From NCBI GenBank assembly GCA_043823125.1, contig JBDRBC010000187.1, positions 5,257 through 69,256 on the forward strand: a DNA stretch of 64,000 nucleotides. Direction: 5' to 3'. This DNA comes from a bacterium (GTDB taxonomy: Bacteria; Krumholzibacteriota; Krumholzibacteriia; LZORAL124-64-63). Each line of letters begins with the position of its first letter. Positions within the stretch are counted from its first letter, which is position 1. A program made the position numbers and the translations under genes. The notes under the pieces are model-generated. The model saw only the letters and a program-made list of their open reading frames with translations. It did no database searches and was not told where the DNA came from. This document shows positions 8,618 through 19,089 of the stretch, one piece after another.

Positions 8618-10261
8618 ATGCCCACGGTGATCTCACAACCACTCCTTTGGGATTCGCTCAAAATCAAGGGTGGGAATCCGCCGCCTGCCTCGATCCTCGC
8701 CGGGCTCACGCAGCTGGCCGAGGCCACGGACTCCCTGCCCGAACGATCACACAATCTGTACACCCTGTTGCGCAAGCAGCTCGGTCAGGCCCAGCTCGCA
8801 GACTGGTTGCGCGGGATCCAGCATCTCGCTTGCGGCGGTGATTCGACGGGGGCGAGGTTGCTGGCAGCATTTCTGGAGGCCAATACACCCGGCGCCCGTC
8901 TGATCCCACGGATCAGTACGTTCGCCAGTAGCCGGCGGCTGTTTCTGGACTGTGCAGCCCTGACAGCCCCGGATCCGGAACTCGGGGCCTGGCGAGATCG
9001 ATTCAAGCAGCTGCAAAGAACGGTCCTCGATCTGGATCTGGCCCAGCCCACGGAAACCGCGGCTGGTCTGGAAATGCCTGATAGACCGGACAGGCCGGGT
9101 CGGGAACCTCCGTTTCCCCAACTTCGACGCTGTCTGCGTTATCTCGTGTCGGCTGTGTACCGCAACGAGACCATGGCGGAAAATGATCGTGAGCTGCTGG
9201 TGGCGCTGACTCGGTTGGAGGCCGATGCCTACGAGGAGCGCATCTCGCGACTGGCCGGCCAGGTGAATCCGTACCGAGCCACCGCCGTGACCCGGGTCTT
9301 GCCGTTATTGAGTCAGGCGGATACGGATGTACGTGATCTGTACGAGTTCATCGGCTGGATCGAGGCGGGAGACATCGAGCAAGCCTTCCACCAGCGTCGA
9401 CCGCGTCTCTACGAGGTGCTCGAACCGAACGAACGCACCAGGCTGCTGACACTGTTGAAGCAGGAGCCGGATCTGGAACTGCTGGCGCAAATCTTGGAAT
9501 CGCTGCTGGAGCGGGCGGTGCCTGTCTCGTTGCTGGCGGGGCACTTGGCGCATCTGCTGGCCTTGACGCACGAACTGTGTCGACACGGTGTCAGGAAGCA
9601 CGACCTGGACCTGCTCACGGCAACCGTGGTAGCCCAGCAGTTCAGCCTTGAAGGTGAGCTGCGGTTACTACTGGACAGCAAAACCCACTATGCCATCGCC
9701 CAGATCATGGCCGAGCCGCGGCCCGACGGTCCCCTGGCCCACTGGCCACTGGACGGGTTTCAGTTGCTGGCGGACGAGCTGGTGCTCCCGGCGTCGCGGG
9801 CAGGTGAGGCGGGTCGGAACTGGCCGGATGACTTGCCGTCCCGTGGCGAGGGCGACAGTGTTCATCCGGTGCGGGAAACGCCGCCGGCCGAGCAGGAGGC
9901 TTCCATCAAGAAGCTGGTTTTGAACAATCTCGGATCCGTGAGCGTTTTGATCGGTTTCCTCCGCAATCCCAAGATCGTCGGGGTGCCGGGACTGGTGGCC
10001 GAAGTGGCAGCTCGGTGTCGCAGTCTGATGGTACTCGACGTCATCGCCACCGACCGCACTCTGTACACCGGATTCGCCAACCGGGAGGTCCCGCTGACGC
10101 TCCTGCGCAGTCCGTGCAACATCTCCATCAAAAAACTCCGCAAGTTCATCCAGGTGAAATACGTGAACAAGGTGGACCTGAAACGGATGGCCAATGACAA
10201 GGCGGGGATCCGGGATGAGGTGGTCAAGGAGATCGACCGCTATCTTCGAACGCTCGTCTGA
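8618..10261 (+). CDS. Hypothetical protein (547 aa), predicted mainly alpha-helical, no recognisable domain
   Basis: Long ORF with coding-like codon usage; ATG at 8618; no motif I can assign. Confidence 0.4.
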   Translation: MPTVISQPLLWDSLKIKGGNPPPASILAGLTQLAEATDSLPERSHNLYTLLRKQLGQAQLADWLRGIQHLACGGDSTGARLLAAFLEANTPGARLIPRISTFASSRRLFLDCAALTAPDPELGAWRDRFKQLQRTVLDLDLAQPTETAAGLEMPDRPDRPGREPPFPQLRRCLRYLVSAVYRNETMAENDRELLVALTRLEADAYEERISRLAGQVNPYRATAVTRVLPLLSQADTDVRDLYEFIGWIEAGDIEQAFHQRRPRLYEVLEPNERTRLLTLLKQEPDLELLAQILESLLERAVPVSLLAGHLAHLLALTHELCRHGVRKHDLDLLTATVVAQQFSLEGELRLLLDSKTHYAIAQIMAEPRPDGPLAHWPLDGFQLLADELVLPASRAGEAGRNWPDDLPSRGEGDSVHPVRETPPAEQEASIKKLVLNNLGSVSVLIGFLRNPKIVGVPGLVAEVAARCRSLMVLDVIATDRTLYTGFANREVPLTLLRSPCNISIKKLRKFIQVKYVNKVDLKRMANDKAGIRDEVVKEIDRYLRTLV

Positions 10262-10422
10262 CCTTCCCCCTAAAATCGCTGGAATATCGGCCTGAAACTC
10301 CCATTCGAAACGATTTACTACACTTGACTTGCTCCAGGCTCCTGCCTACGTTTGAGCCTGGTCAGCTACTCGCAACCTGTCGGCTGCGACCGGAAAATGA
10401 CTTTGAATCAAGGAGTAACTCT

Positions 10423-11586
10423 ATGCTAGCCAAGAGGATGTCGAGACTGGGGACCGAGACGGCATTCGTCGTGCTGGCGCGCGCCAAGGAACTCGAAGCC
10501 GCCGGCAAAGATGTGGTGCACCTGGAGATCGGGGAACCCGATTTCGATACGCCACCCAATATCATCGCGAAAGCGGTCGAGGCGCTCAACTCAGGCTATA
10601 CCCATTATGGACCGGCCGCCGGCCTCCCGGAAGTGCGTCGGGTGTTTGCCGAGTACATAGCGCGGGATCGTGGCATCGCCATCGGGCCCGAAAACGTTGT
10701 CGTGACGCCTGGCGGCAAGCCGATCATATTTTTCCCGCTGCTGGCCCTGGTGGATCCGGGAGACGAGGTTGTCTACCCCAATCCCGGTTTCCCCATCTAC
10801 GAATCGGTGATCAATTTCCTCGGCGCCAAGGCGGTGCCGTTAAAGCTGGCGGAAGAGCAGAACTTCTCGTTCTCCATCGATGACCTGACCAGTCTGGTGA
10901 GTGATCGCACCCGGTTGCTGATCATCAATTCGCCGCAGAACCCCACCGGCGGCGTACTTTCCGCCGACGATCTGGACGCCATCGCCGAGCTGGCGGTGAA
11001 GCACGACTTCTGGGTCCTGTCCGACGAGATCTACAGCAAGATCGTATACGAGGGCAAACACGAGTCCATCTCCACCCGACCCGGGATGCTGGAACGGACC
11101 ATCATTCTCGAAGGCCATTCCAAGACCTACGCCATGACCGGCTGGCGACTCGGCTACGGTATCATGCCGGCGATACTGGCCGAGGCGGTGGCCAAGTTGC
11201 AGACGAACTGTACCAGTTGTACGGCCGCCTTCACCCAGATCGCTGGTGCCGAGGCGCTCACCGGACCGCAGGACACCGCCCGGGCCATGGTGGCAGAATT
11301 CCGGATCCGCCGCGACTTGCTGGTGGACGGTCTGAACGCCATCGAGGGCATCACTTGCTTGAAGCCGAACGGTGCTTTTTACGTCTTCCCGAACATCAGC
11401 GCCCTCGGTTTGACCAGCAAGGCAGCGGAAACGCGATTGCTGGAGGACTTCGGCGTGGCGGCCTTGGCGGGCACCTCGTTTGGTGCCTTCGGTGAGGGAT
11501 ATCTCCGCTTCAGTTACGCCAACAGCCAGGAGAACATCCGCAAAGCTCTGGAACGGGTGGCCGAATTCGCCGCCGCGGTACGCTAG
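10423..11586 (+). CDS. Pyridoxal-phosphate-dependent aminotransferase, class I (aspartate/aromatic aminotransferase-like)
   Basis: ATG at 10423 preceded by AAGGAG. Protein (MLAKRMSRLGTETAFVVLARAKELEAAGKDVVHLEIGEPDFDTP…NPTGGV…SKTYAMTGWRLGY) matches the class-I aminotransferase fold and the PLP-lysine region. Confidence 0.8.
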   Translation: MLAKRMSRLGTETAFVVLARAKELEAAGKDVVHLEIGEPDFDTPPNIIAKAVEALNSGYTHYGPAAGLPEVRRVFAEYIARDRGIAIGPENVVVTPGGKPIIFFPLLALVDPGDEVVYPNPGFPIYESVINFLGAKAVPLKLAEEQNFSFSIDDLTSLVSDRTRLLIINSPQNPTGGVLSADDLDAIAELAVKHDFWVLSDEIYSKIVYEGKHESISTRPGMLERTIILEGHSKTYAMTGWRLGYGIMPAILAEAVAKLQTNCTSCTAAFTQIAGAEALTGPQDTARAMVAEFRIRRDLLVDGLNAIEGITCLKPNGAFYVFPNISALGLTSKAAETRLLEDFGVAALAGTSFGAFGEGYLRFSYANSQENIRKALERVAEFAAAVR

Positions 11587-11652
11587 GTACAGCATCAGGT
11601 TGTGGAAACGCCGGCCCGTCAGGGCCGGCTTCATTTGCTACCAGAGGTCAGC

Positions 11653-12639
11653 ATGCAGCAATCGAACGAGGTATTAGTATCGCGTCGCATGATCATCGCC
11701 CTGGGTGGAAACGCCATCATCCCGGCCGGGCTCAAGGGGACTTTCGACGAGCAGGTCCAGGTGACGCGCAGTTCCATGGAACAGGTGGCAAGTCTGGCTG
11801 CTGACGGCCATCAGCTCGTGCTGACCCACGGGAACGGTCCGGTGGTGGGCAACATAGTCCTGCGGTGCGAGGCCGGTATGGCTATGCACGGGATCCCGCC
11901 CATGCCGCTCCATGTCTGCGGCGCCGATTCGCAAGGTGGCATCGGCTACATGCTCCAGCAATCCCTGCAGAACAGTCTACACGCTCGTAATCTGCAACGG
12001 CCCGTAGCGTCGCTGATTACCCAGGTGATCGTCTCGGAAGACGATCCGGCATTCCAGACGCCCACCAAACCGATCGGACCGTTCTACAGTGCGGAACAGG
12101 CCAAACGGTTGCGTCAGGAAAACGGCTGGTCCGTCGTCGAGGATGCCAACCGGGGGTACCGCCGGGTGGTGCCGAGTCCCCAGCCCCAGAAGGTCGTGGA
12201 GTGGGAAGCCATCAAGGCCATGACCAAGGCAGGCATCATCACCATCGCGGTGGGTGGGGGCGGCATCCCGGTGACGTGCGATGCCAATGGCGAGTTGCGG
12301 GGGATCGATGCCGTCATTGACAAGGATCGGGCCTCGGCCCTCCTGGGCAGGCTCATCAATGCCGATACCTTCGTGATCATCACCTCCGTGGATCGGGTGT
12401 ATCTCGATTTCGGCAAGCCGGAAGCGAGGCCGCTGTCGGAACTGGACAGCGCCACGGCTGCCCGGTATCTGGAATCAGGTGAATTCCCCACCGGGAGCAT
12501 GGGACCCAAGATCGAATCGGCGCTGGCCTTCCTGGCCGGCGGTGGTCGCGAAGTGATCATCACCGGTCCGGACACGATTCTCGCCGCGTTACGCGGAGAA
12601 GCGGGCACCAGGATCGTGGCGACCACGGCCGCCGACTGA
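11653..12639 (+). CDS. arcC: Carbamate kinase
   Basis: MQQSNEVLVSRRMIIALGGNAI…LVLTHGNGPVVGN…IAVGGGGIPV are carbamate-kinase hallmarks. ATG 11653 with GAGG upstream. Confidence 0.8.
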   Translation: MQQSNEVLVSRRMIIALGGNAIIPAGLKGTFDEQVQVTRSSMEQVASLAADGHQLVLTHGNGPVVGNIVLRCEAGMAMHGIPPMPLHVCGADSQGGIGYMLQQSLQNSLHARNLQRPVASLITQVIVSEDDPAFQTPTKPIGPFYSAEQAKRLRQENGWSVVEDANRGYRRVVPSPQPQKVVEWEAIKAMTKAGIITIAVGGGGIPVTCDANGELRGIDAVIDKDRASALLGRLINADTFVIITSVDRVYLDFGKPEARPLSELDSATAARYLESGEFPTGSMGPKIESALAFLAGGGREVIITGPDTILAALRGEAGTRIVATTAAD

Positions 12640-12777
12640 ACTGATTCCCGGAACCGGTTTCCTTAACTCGACGAGTGCTGGTTTCTGCCGTTCCTTTGCT
12701 GCCTCTCTGCCGCCGTTTTCCGTTGTCCGTGAATTCCGGGTGCGGTATCGTTGCCGACATCTTCGAGAGGAGTTGTT

Positions 12778-14112
12778 TTGTTTCCGAAAGTTCTGGTGAT
12801 CGGATCGGGGGGCCGTGAACACGCGCTGGTGAAACAGCTGGCCCTCTCACCCCAGGCGCCGATCCTGTACGCGCTGCCGGGCAATCCAGGCACGGCCGCG
12901 TGCGCCACCAACCTGTCCGTTTCCGTCACCGACATCACCGCCGTCGTGGCCTGTTGTCTGGACCACCAGATCGACCTCGTGGTCATCGGTCCGGAGGATC
13001 CCCTCATTGCGGGAATGGCCGATGGCTTGCGCGAGGCGGGGATTGCGGTGTTCGGCCCCGACGCCAGCGGCGCTCGGCTGGAGGGGGACAAGGAATTCGC
13101 CAAGGAAGTGATGGCGGCGGCCGGCGTGCCGACGGCGGCCTATCGCGCCTTCAGTGATCGATCCGCGGCAGTGGATTCGCTGGCTGGGACCGTGTTTCCG
13201 GTGGTGGTCAAGGCGTGTGGCGCCGCCCAGGGCAAGGGGGTCGCGGTCTGTGCCGATCGTCAGGAAGCAGTGGCGTTCATCGATGACTGCTTGCTGGACC
13301 AGCGGTTCGGCGCTGCCGGGGGGCGGATCATCATCGAAACCTGTCTCACCGGTCCCGAGCTGTCCGTCCTGGCGATCACCGACGGCAAGACCGCAGCATT
13401 GCTGGCGCCGTCGCGGGATCACAAACGTATCGGCGAGGGCGACGTGGGGCCCAACACCGGTGGCATGGGCGCTTTCGCGCCGGTGCTACTGGACGCGGAG
13501 CTGGCCGGTCGGATCGAGGGTGAGATCGTGCAACCGATCCTGGCCGAACTCGCCAAGCGTGAGATGGACTATCGTGGTGTGTTGTATGCCGGTCTCATGC
13601 TGACCCCGAGCGGCCCCCAGGTACTCGAATTCAACTGTCGGTTCGGCGACCCCGAGACCCAGGTGGTGTTGCCGTTGCTGAACTGTGATTTCCTGGCGCT
13701 TCTCCAGGCCGCCGCCGCTGGCAGTCTGGCCGAGTTCTTGGCCGAGGTGACGCCGGCGCCGGAACCAGCGCCGACGGTCTGGCCTGGAAGTGGACTCACT
13801 GACTGGGAGCGACACTGCATCGTGGTGGTGGGCGCCGCTGACGGGTATCCCGGTGGGTATGCCAAGGGAGTACCCCTAATACTACCGGCGGACGAACCGG
13901 AACGAGCCTGGACCATCCAGGCCGGAACCGCCCTGCATGACGGGACGCTGGTCACCAACGGCGGTCGGGTTCTGGGCGCCGTGGGCGCGGCTGCGACCTT
14001 GCCGGCTGCCCGGGAGGCCGCTTACGACCTGCTGGAACGAATCAAATGCACAGGGCTGGTGTACCGGCGGGATATCGCCGCCACGAAACGAACTACGGAA
14101 GGATCGGATTGA
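12778..14112 (+). CDS. purD: Phosphoribosylamine--glycine ligase
   Basis: (M)FPKVLVIGSGGREHALV… N-terminus and ATP-grasp body. TTG at 12778 lies 7 nt after GAGGAG; GTG 12772 or TTG 12751 are alternative starts. Stop TGA overlaps the purE ATG (TGATG). Confidence 0.85.
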   Translation: MFPKVLVIGSGGREHALVKQLALSPQAPILYALPGNPGTAACATNLSVSVTDITAVVACCLDHQIDLVVIGPEDPLIAGMADGLREAGIAVFGPDASGARLEGDKEFAKEVMAAAGVPTAAYRAFSDRSAAVDSLAGTVFPVVVKACGAAQGKGVAVCADRQEAVAFIDDCLLDQRFGAAGGRIIIETCLTGPELSVLAITDGKTAALLAPSRDHKRIGEGDVGPNTGGMGAFAPVLLDAELAGRIEGEIVQPILAELAKREMDYRGVLYAGLMLTPSGPQVLEFNCRFGDPETQVVLPLLNCDFLALLQAAAAGSLAEFLAEVTPAPEPAPTVWPGSGLTDWERHCIVVVGAADGYPGGYAKGVPLILPADEPERAWTIQAGTALHDGTLVTNGGRVLGAVGAAATLPAAREAAYDLLERIKCTGLVYRRDIAATKRTTEGSD

Positions 14113-14615
14113 TGGCAGCGAAAAAAACAACCAGGAAAGCGGCAAGCAAGACCTGTGACGTGCTGGTCCTGCTGGGCAGCGCTTCCGATTTACCGGTGGT
14201 CGAAAAAATGCCGCCACTTTTGGAGCGGTTCGGCCTCAGCCATCAAGTAGAGATCGCTTCGGCGCACCGACAGCCGGAACGATTACGACGATTGGTGGCC
14301 AAGCACGAACGAGGCGGCACGTCGATTTTCATCGCGGTGGCTGGCATGGCGGCCCATCTCCCGGGAGTAGTGGCCTCGTTGACCTCGCGACCGGTCATCG
14401 GTGTTCCGGTGGCTTCGGGACCGCTGGGCGGAGTCGATGCATTGCTTTCCATGGTGCAGATGCCGCCCGGTGTACCGGTGGCCACCGTGGCAGTGGGCAG
14501 TGCCGGAGCGCGTAATGCCGCCGTTCTGGCCGCCCGGATTCTGGCCTTGAGCAGCAGGACAGTGGCCGAACGGCTCGACGAATACCGCCGGGAGCTGGCC
14601 CGGGGTGGAAAGTAG
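14112..14615 (+). CDS. purE: N5-carboxyaminoimidazole ribonucleotide mutase
   Basis: MAAKKTTRK…VLVLLGSASDLPV…IAVAGMAAHLPGVVAS…PVIGVPV typical PurE/class-I CAIR mutase. Confidence 0.85.
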   Translation: MAAKKTTRKAASKTCDVLVLLGSASDLPVVEKMPPLLERFGLSHQVEIASAHRQPERLRRLVAKHERGGTSIFIAVAGMAAHLPGVVASLTSRPVIGVPVASGPLGGVDALLSMVQMPPGVPVATVAVGSAGARNAAVLAARILALSSRTVAERLDEYRRELARGGK

Positions 14616-15225
14616 GTGCCCGGTGCGGATGCTGACGACCCCGGACGCTGCCATCCAGATGCTGGTGGAGGCGGGGATCGTGCTCTTGCCCACCGATACC
14701 GTACCGGGGTTGCACTGCCGTGCCGACTCATCTCAAGCCATAACTCGACTCGGTATAATCAAGGGGCGAGACGCCACCAAACCGTATGTGCTGCTGTGCG
14801 AGTCCATAAACCAGGTGTTGGATCTGGCCGACAATCCAGATGATTCGGTAATTGATTATATGGAAAAGTGTTGGCCGGGCCCGTTGACTGCAATTGTTAT
14901 GGCGGGGACGGCCGCTTCGGCCTTGCCCCAGGCGAAAAACGGCAGCCTGGCGCTCAGGGTGCCGGCTCCGGTATGGCTCCGGGGACTCGTGGCCGCGGTG
15001 GGTTGTCCTCTCATCTCCACCAGCGCCAACGAGGCCGGCAACAAACCCTGTCGCCAGCTTGCTGAGGCGCGTGACCTGTTCGCGGACCGGTTGGATGGCG
15101 CCGTCAGCGATACGGTTTTTCCGTCGGCGGAGCAGACGGGCCAGCCATCCAGTTTGCTGGATCTGACCGGCTGGCCGCCTCGCCTCTTGCGGCCAGGCGG
15201 TGAACCACCGCCTCCCTGGTCGTGA
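14605..15225 (+). CDS. tsaC: L-threonylcarbamoyladenylate synthase (YrdC/Sua5/TsaC family)
   Basis: LLPTDTVPGLHCRADSSQAITRLGIIKGRDATKPYVLLC…LISTSANEAGNKP matches YrdC-domain motifs. Start is uncertain (GTG 14605 or ATG 14629). Confidence 0.7.
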   Translation: MESRCPVRMLTTPDAAIQMLVEAGIVLLPTDTVPGLHCRADSSQAITRLGIIKGRDATKPYVLLCESINQVLDLADNPDDSVIDYMEKCWPGPLTAIVMAGTAASALPQAKNGSLALRVPAPVWLRGLVAAVGCPLISTSANEAGNKPCRQLAEARDLFADRLDGAVSDTVFPSAEQTGQPSSLLDLTGWPPRLLRPGGEPPPPWS

Positions 15226-15344
15226 GTGGACACCGTCCGGGTCGACCGGAGGTATCGAGAGCCGGCTAGATTGCTTAATTCTCAAGAAGTTAGGGCCTTG
15301 CCGGCCTTGACGCCGATACGTGGAGTTCCTACCTTGCGGAGACC

Positions 15345-15860
15345 ATGACGGACAGCAAGACAGACAATTCGTTGACCGTGCTTTTCCTCTGTACGGGCAA
15401 TACCTGCCGCAGCCCCCTGGCTGCGGCGCTGGCGCAACGGAAGTTCGGCGCTGGTGGGTTCCAGGCCGTATCGGCCGGAATACGCGCCGTTCCGGGACAA
15501 TCCGCATCATCCGGGTCCGTGCTGTTGGCGCAGGAGTACGGGGTTTCGCTCACCGAACACGTTTCCCGGATGCTGACCCCGGAGCTGACGAGGCAGGTCC
15601 ACTGGATCATCGGCATGACCCGATCCCACGTGGCCCAGCTCAAACGGCTACTGACCGACAATCCGGTCAAGATCGGTCTGCTGGCTCTGCCGGGAGTGGA
15701 TCTGGCCCGGGCGGATCGCACACCGGACGTGGAAGAAGTTTTGGATCCGTTCGGCGGAGACGCCGACACGTATCAGCGTATGGCCTCGCAGCTGGATCAT
15801 TTCCTGGACGGTTGGCGCGACACCTTCACGACGACCTCGGCGCCGGAAGAGGAGAGATGA
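15345..15860 (+). CDS. Low-molecular-weight protein-tyrosine phosphatase / ArsC-like
   Basis: CX5R P-loop in VLFLCTGNTCRSPLAAAL; size 171 aa; 4-nt overlap (ATGA) with rpiB. Confidence 0.7.
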   Translation: MTDSKTDNSLTVLFLCTGNTCRSPLAAALAQRKFGAGGFQAVSAGIRAVPGQSASSGSVLLAQEYGVSLTEHVSRMLTPELTRQVHWIIGMTRSHVAQLKRLLTDNPVKIGLLALPGVDLARADRTPDVEEVLDPFGGDADTYQRMASQLDHFLDGWRDTFTTTSAPEEER

Positions 15861-16306
15861 TGAAGATTGCCATCGGATCGGATCATCGTGGCTTCGAGCA
15901 CAAGGCGTGGTTGATCGAAGAGATGCAGGCACTCGGGCACAGCGTGGTCGATTTCGGCTGTGACGGTCCCGAATCGGCTGACTATCCCGATCACGCCATC
16001 GCCGTGGGGGAAGCCGTGGCGAGTGGCCGGTGCGACCGTGGTGTCCTGATCTGCGGATCGGGCATCGGAGTGAGTATCGCCGCCAACAAGGTGGCCGGGA
16101 TTCGCGCGTCGTTCTGTGTCGATGCCGAAGCAGCGCAGATGACTCGCCAGCACAACGACAGCAATGTCATCTGCCTGAGCGGTGACCGGACGGGAGTGAC
16201 CGAGGCCGGAGCACTGGTGACGATCTGGTTGACGACCGAGTTCGAGGGCGGTCGGCACGGACGACGGGTCCAGAAGATCCTGGATTACGAGGAGAAACAC
16301 GCTTGA
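15857..16306 (+). CDS. rpiB: Ribose-5-phosphate isomerase B
   Basis: [16 protein letters not shown]…[16 protein letters not shown]…NVICLSGD are RpiB/LacAB family motifs. GGAGAG SD. The 5' part of the 15320..16306 track ORF overlaps the PTP gene and is not coding. Confidence 0.8.
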   Translation: MMKIAIGSDHRGFEHKAWLIEEMQALGHSVVDFGCDGPESADYPDHAIAVGEAVASGRCDRGVLICGSGIGVSIAANKVAGIRASFCVDAEAAQMTRQHNDSNVICLSGDRTGVTEAGALVTIWLTTEFEGGRHGRRVQKILDYEEKHA

Positions 16307-16358
16307 ATTCACTCCGGCGGCTAACGGAACCAGCCTCCGGACTGGAAAGGGTCAACCC

Positions 16359-17603
16359 ATGAATGAAGAACTGTACCGGGTCGATGCGGAAATCGCCGAC
16401 GTCCTGACCAACGAACTGGATCGCCAGCGGGGCACACTGGAGATGATCGCCAGCGAGAACTTCACCAGTCGCGCCGTCCTGGAGGCTATGGGCAGCGTGT
16501 TGACCAACAAGTACGCCGAGGGGTATCCCAATAAACGGTACTACGGCGGCTGTGAACATGTGGACACCGGGGAGATCCTGGCGAAGAAACGTGCTTGCGA
16601 ACTGTTCGGGGCCGATCGCGCCAACGTCCAGCCACATTCCGGCTCCACCGCCAACATGTCGGCCTATCTCGCTTTCATGCAGCCAGGGGACAAGATTCTC
16701 GGGCTCTCTCTTTCCCACGGTGGACATCTGACCCACGGCCACCCGGTGAACTTCTCGGGGCTTTTGTTCCAGGCCAGCCATTACGAGGTGGACCGCGAAA
16801 CGGAGACCATCGATTACGACCGGCTCCGGGAACAGGCCCTCGCCGAGCGCCCCCAGGTGATCGTGGGCGGCGCCAGCGCCTATCCTCGCTTCTGGGACTA
16901 CGAGCGGCTGCGCTCCATCGCCGACGAATGCGAAGCCATCCTGATCTTCGACATGGCGCATATCGCCGGCCTGGTGGCTGGCGGGGTCCATCCCAGCCCG
17001 GTCCCGTACAGCGACGCCGTGACTTCCACCACCCACAAGACCTTACGTGGACCACGCGGCGGCTTGATCCTCTGCAAGAAGGAACACTTCAAAGCCATTC
17101 AAAAGATGAACTTTCCGGGGATTCAGGGCGGTCCGTTCATGCACCTCATTGCCGCCAAGGCGGTCTGCTTTCACGAGGCGTCACAGGACTCCTTCAAGGT
17201 GTACGCCCGACAGGTGGTGGACAATGCCCAGGTCCTGGCCAGCAAGCTGCTCGAACACGGATTCCACCTGGTGAGCGGCGGGACTGACAATCACCTGTTG
17301 CTGATCAACGTGGCCAGCAAGGGACTCACCGGTAAGGACATGGAGGAACTCCTGGACCGGGTCGGCATCACCGTCAACAAGAACACGGTGCCGTTTGATC
17401 AGGAGAGTCCGTTTGTCACCAGCGGTGTGAGGATCGGCACACCGGCCCTTACGACCCGCGGCATGGGACCGGACGAGATGCGGATCATCGGCGACATCAT
17501 CGCCGCGGCGGTCGAAGTGCGCGAGAACGAAGCGGCCCTGGCGGAACTTCGCGGCCAGAGCGGGGAACTCTGCCGGTCGTTCCCACTCTATCCAGAACTA
17601 TAA
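16359..17603 (+). CDS. glyA: Serine hydroxymethyltransferase
   Basis: [31 protein letters not shown]…[12 protein letters not shown] canonical SHMT. Confidence 0.9.
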   Translation: MNEELYRVDAEIADVLTNELDRQRGTLEMIASENFTSRAVLEAMGSVLTNKYAEGYPNKRYYGGCEHVDTGEILAKKRACELFGADRANVQPHSGSTANMSAYLAFMQPGDKILGLSLSHGGHLTHGHPVNFSGLLFQASHYEVDRETETIDYDRLREQALAERPQVIVGGASAYPRFWDYERLRSIADECEAILIFDMAHIAGLVAGGVHPSPVPYSDAVTSTTHKTLRGPRGGLILCKKEHFKAIQKMNFPGIQGGPFMHLIAAKAVCFHEASQDSFKVYARQVVDNAQVLASKLLEHGFHLVSGGTDNHLLLINVASKGLTGKDMEELLDRVGITVNKNTVPFDQESPFVTSGVRIGTPALTTRGMGPDEMRIIGDIIAAAVEVRENEAALAELRGQSGELCRSFPLYPEL

Positions 17604-17652
17604 CGGTTGGCGTCCCGATCAGGCTCGGGTCGCCTGTGTTGACGGAGACGAG

Positions 17653-18120
17653 ATGCGGTGCCCCTCTTGTGGCCAGGAAGATGACAAGGTCATCGATTCA
17701 CGTTCGGTCCGTGACGGCAGGGCGGTCCGCCGCCGGCGCGAGTGTCTGGGCTGTGGCGAACGGTTCACCACCTATGAAGCCTTCGAAACCAAACCGGTAC
17801 TGGTTTTCAAACGTGATGGCCGGCGGGTGGCGTACGATCGCGACAAAGTGCTGGCGGGTATCGCCAAGGCGTGCGAGAAACGCCCCGTGGCCTTGGAGGA
17901 GATCGAAAACATCGTCGAGGCCATCGAGTTGAAGCTGGCGGGGATACCGACCCCGGAAGCCTCCACCCAAACCATCGGCAAGCTGATCCTGCAATCCCTG
18001 CGTGAAGTGGACGAGGTGGCGTATATCCGTTTCGCCTCCGTGTATCACTCTTTTCAGAACGTGGACGAATTTCTGGACGAGCTGCGCGGTCTGCAGATCG
18101 ATAAGGAAAAACAACCATGA
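17653..18120 (+). CDS. nrdR: Transcriptional repressor NrdR
   Basis: MRCPSCGQEDDKVIDSR…RRRECLGCGERFTTYE zinc ribbon plus ATP-cone. Confidence 0.85.
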   Translation: MRCPSCGQEDDKVIDSRSVRDGRAVRRRRECLGCGERFTTYEAFETKPVLVFKRDGRRVAYDRDKVLAGIAKACEKRPVALEEIENIVEAIELKLAGIPTPEASTQTIGKLILQSLREVDEVAYIRFASVYHSFQNVDEFLDELRGLQIDKEKQP

Positions 18121-19028
18121 GGCGCGAAGATCAGGATCGGCAGCTCGGTCCCTCCGAGACTCCGGGCGACAACCAGCCCGCGCCGGTGGTTGACGGGTCC
18201 ATGTCCTGGATCGATCACCTGGAGGAACTGCGCTCGACGTTGATCGGGTCCGTGGCGGCGGCGTTTCTGGGCACCATCGGCTGCTGGTTCGTCTCCCGAC
18301 CATTGCTGGACATGCTGGTGGCGCCCATCCTCGAGGCGGCCGAAGGGGTGTATTTCCACACGCCCATCGAAGCGTTCATGACCCGACTGAAGCTCGCCGC
18401 CATCTGTGGTCTCTTCCTGGTGCTCCCGTACATCTTCTTCCGTCTCTACGGTTTCATCCTGCCGGGACTCTATGCCAAGGAACGCAAGGTCATCACGCCG
18501 CTGCTGGTCAGTTCGACAGCGCTGTTCTACCTCGGGGTGGGGTTCGCCTACCTGGTGGTGATCCCGCAGGTCGTCACCTTCATGCTCTCCTTCGGCACCG
18601 AGATCATGCAGCCACTCATCGGCATCGGGCCGTACTTCGCCTTTGTCGCCCGGCTCTGCCTCGCCTTCGGTATCATGTTCGAGCTGCCGCTGGTCGTGCT
18701 CTTCCTGAGTTCCATCGGGCTGGTGAATCCGCGGATGCTGCTCCGGACCTGGCGATACGCCTTGATCATCATCGTTGTGTTCGCCGCCGTGCTCACGCCG
18801 CCGGATGTCTTTTCGCAGCTCATGATGGCCGGACCGGTGATGCTCCTGTACATTGGCTCCGTGTTGATAGCCATGGTCGTCACCAGGCGGAAGGAGCGGT
18901 CAAGTCAGCAGGACGAGGACGAGGACGAAGCCGAGGACGACCCGGATGTAACAGCCACCGCTGAGGCCAGCGAGCCGCCAGATGACCGGAATGAAAACCG
19001 GACTCCTGAAACGCGAGATGATGATTGA
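18117..19028 (+). CDS. tatC: Twin-arginine translocase subunit TatC (with an acidic C-terminal tail)
   Basis: …IDHLEELRSTLIGS… and six predicted TM segments typical of TatC. ATG 18117 overlaps the nrdR stop (ATGA); an alternative start is ATG 18201 (MSWIDHLEELR). Tail QQDEDEDEAEDDPDV… is low complexity. Confidence 0.8.
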   Translation: MRREDQDRQLGPSETPGDNQPAPVVDGSMSWIDHLEELRSTLIGSVAAAFLGTIGCWFVSRPLLDMLVAPILEAAEGVYFHTPIEAFMTRLKLAAICGLFLVLPYIFFRLYGFILPGLYAKERKVITPLLVSSTALFYLGVGFAYLVVIPQVVTFMLSFGTEIMQPLIGIGPYFAFVARLCLAFGIMFELPLVVLFLSSIGLVNPRMLLRTWRYALIIIVVFAAVLTPPDVFSQLMMAGPVMLLYIGSVLIAMVVTRRKERSSQQDEDEDEAEDDPDVTATAEASEPPDDRNENRTPETRDDD

Positions 19029-19089
19029 CAGGAGCCCGGAGGCGAAATACTTGTCAGGGGACGTCTCGTGAGACTTCAACTGGAGATGG

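Noticed and set aside
15320-15856. 5' 537 nt of the 15320..16306 track ORF
   Set aside because: It overlaps the LMW-PTP gene in another frame. Only the 3' part from ATG 15857 ([10 protein letters not shown]…, RpiB) is coding.
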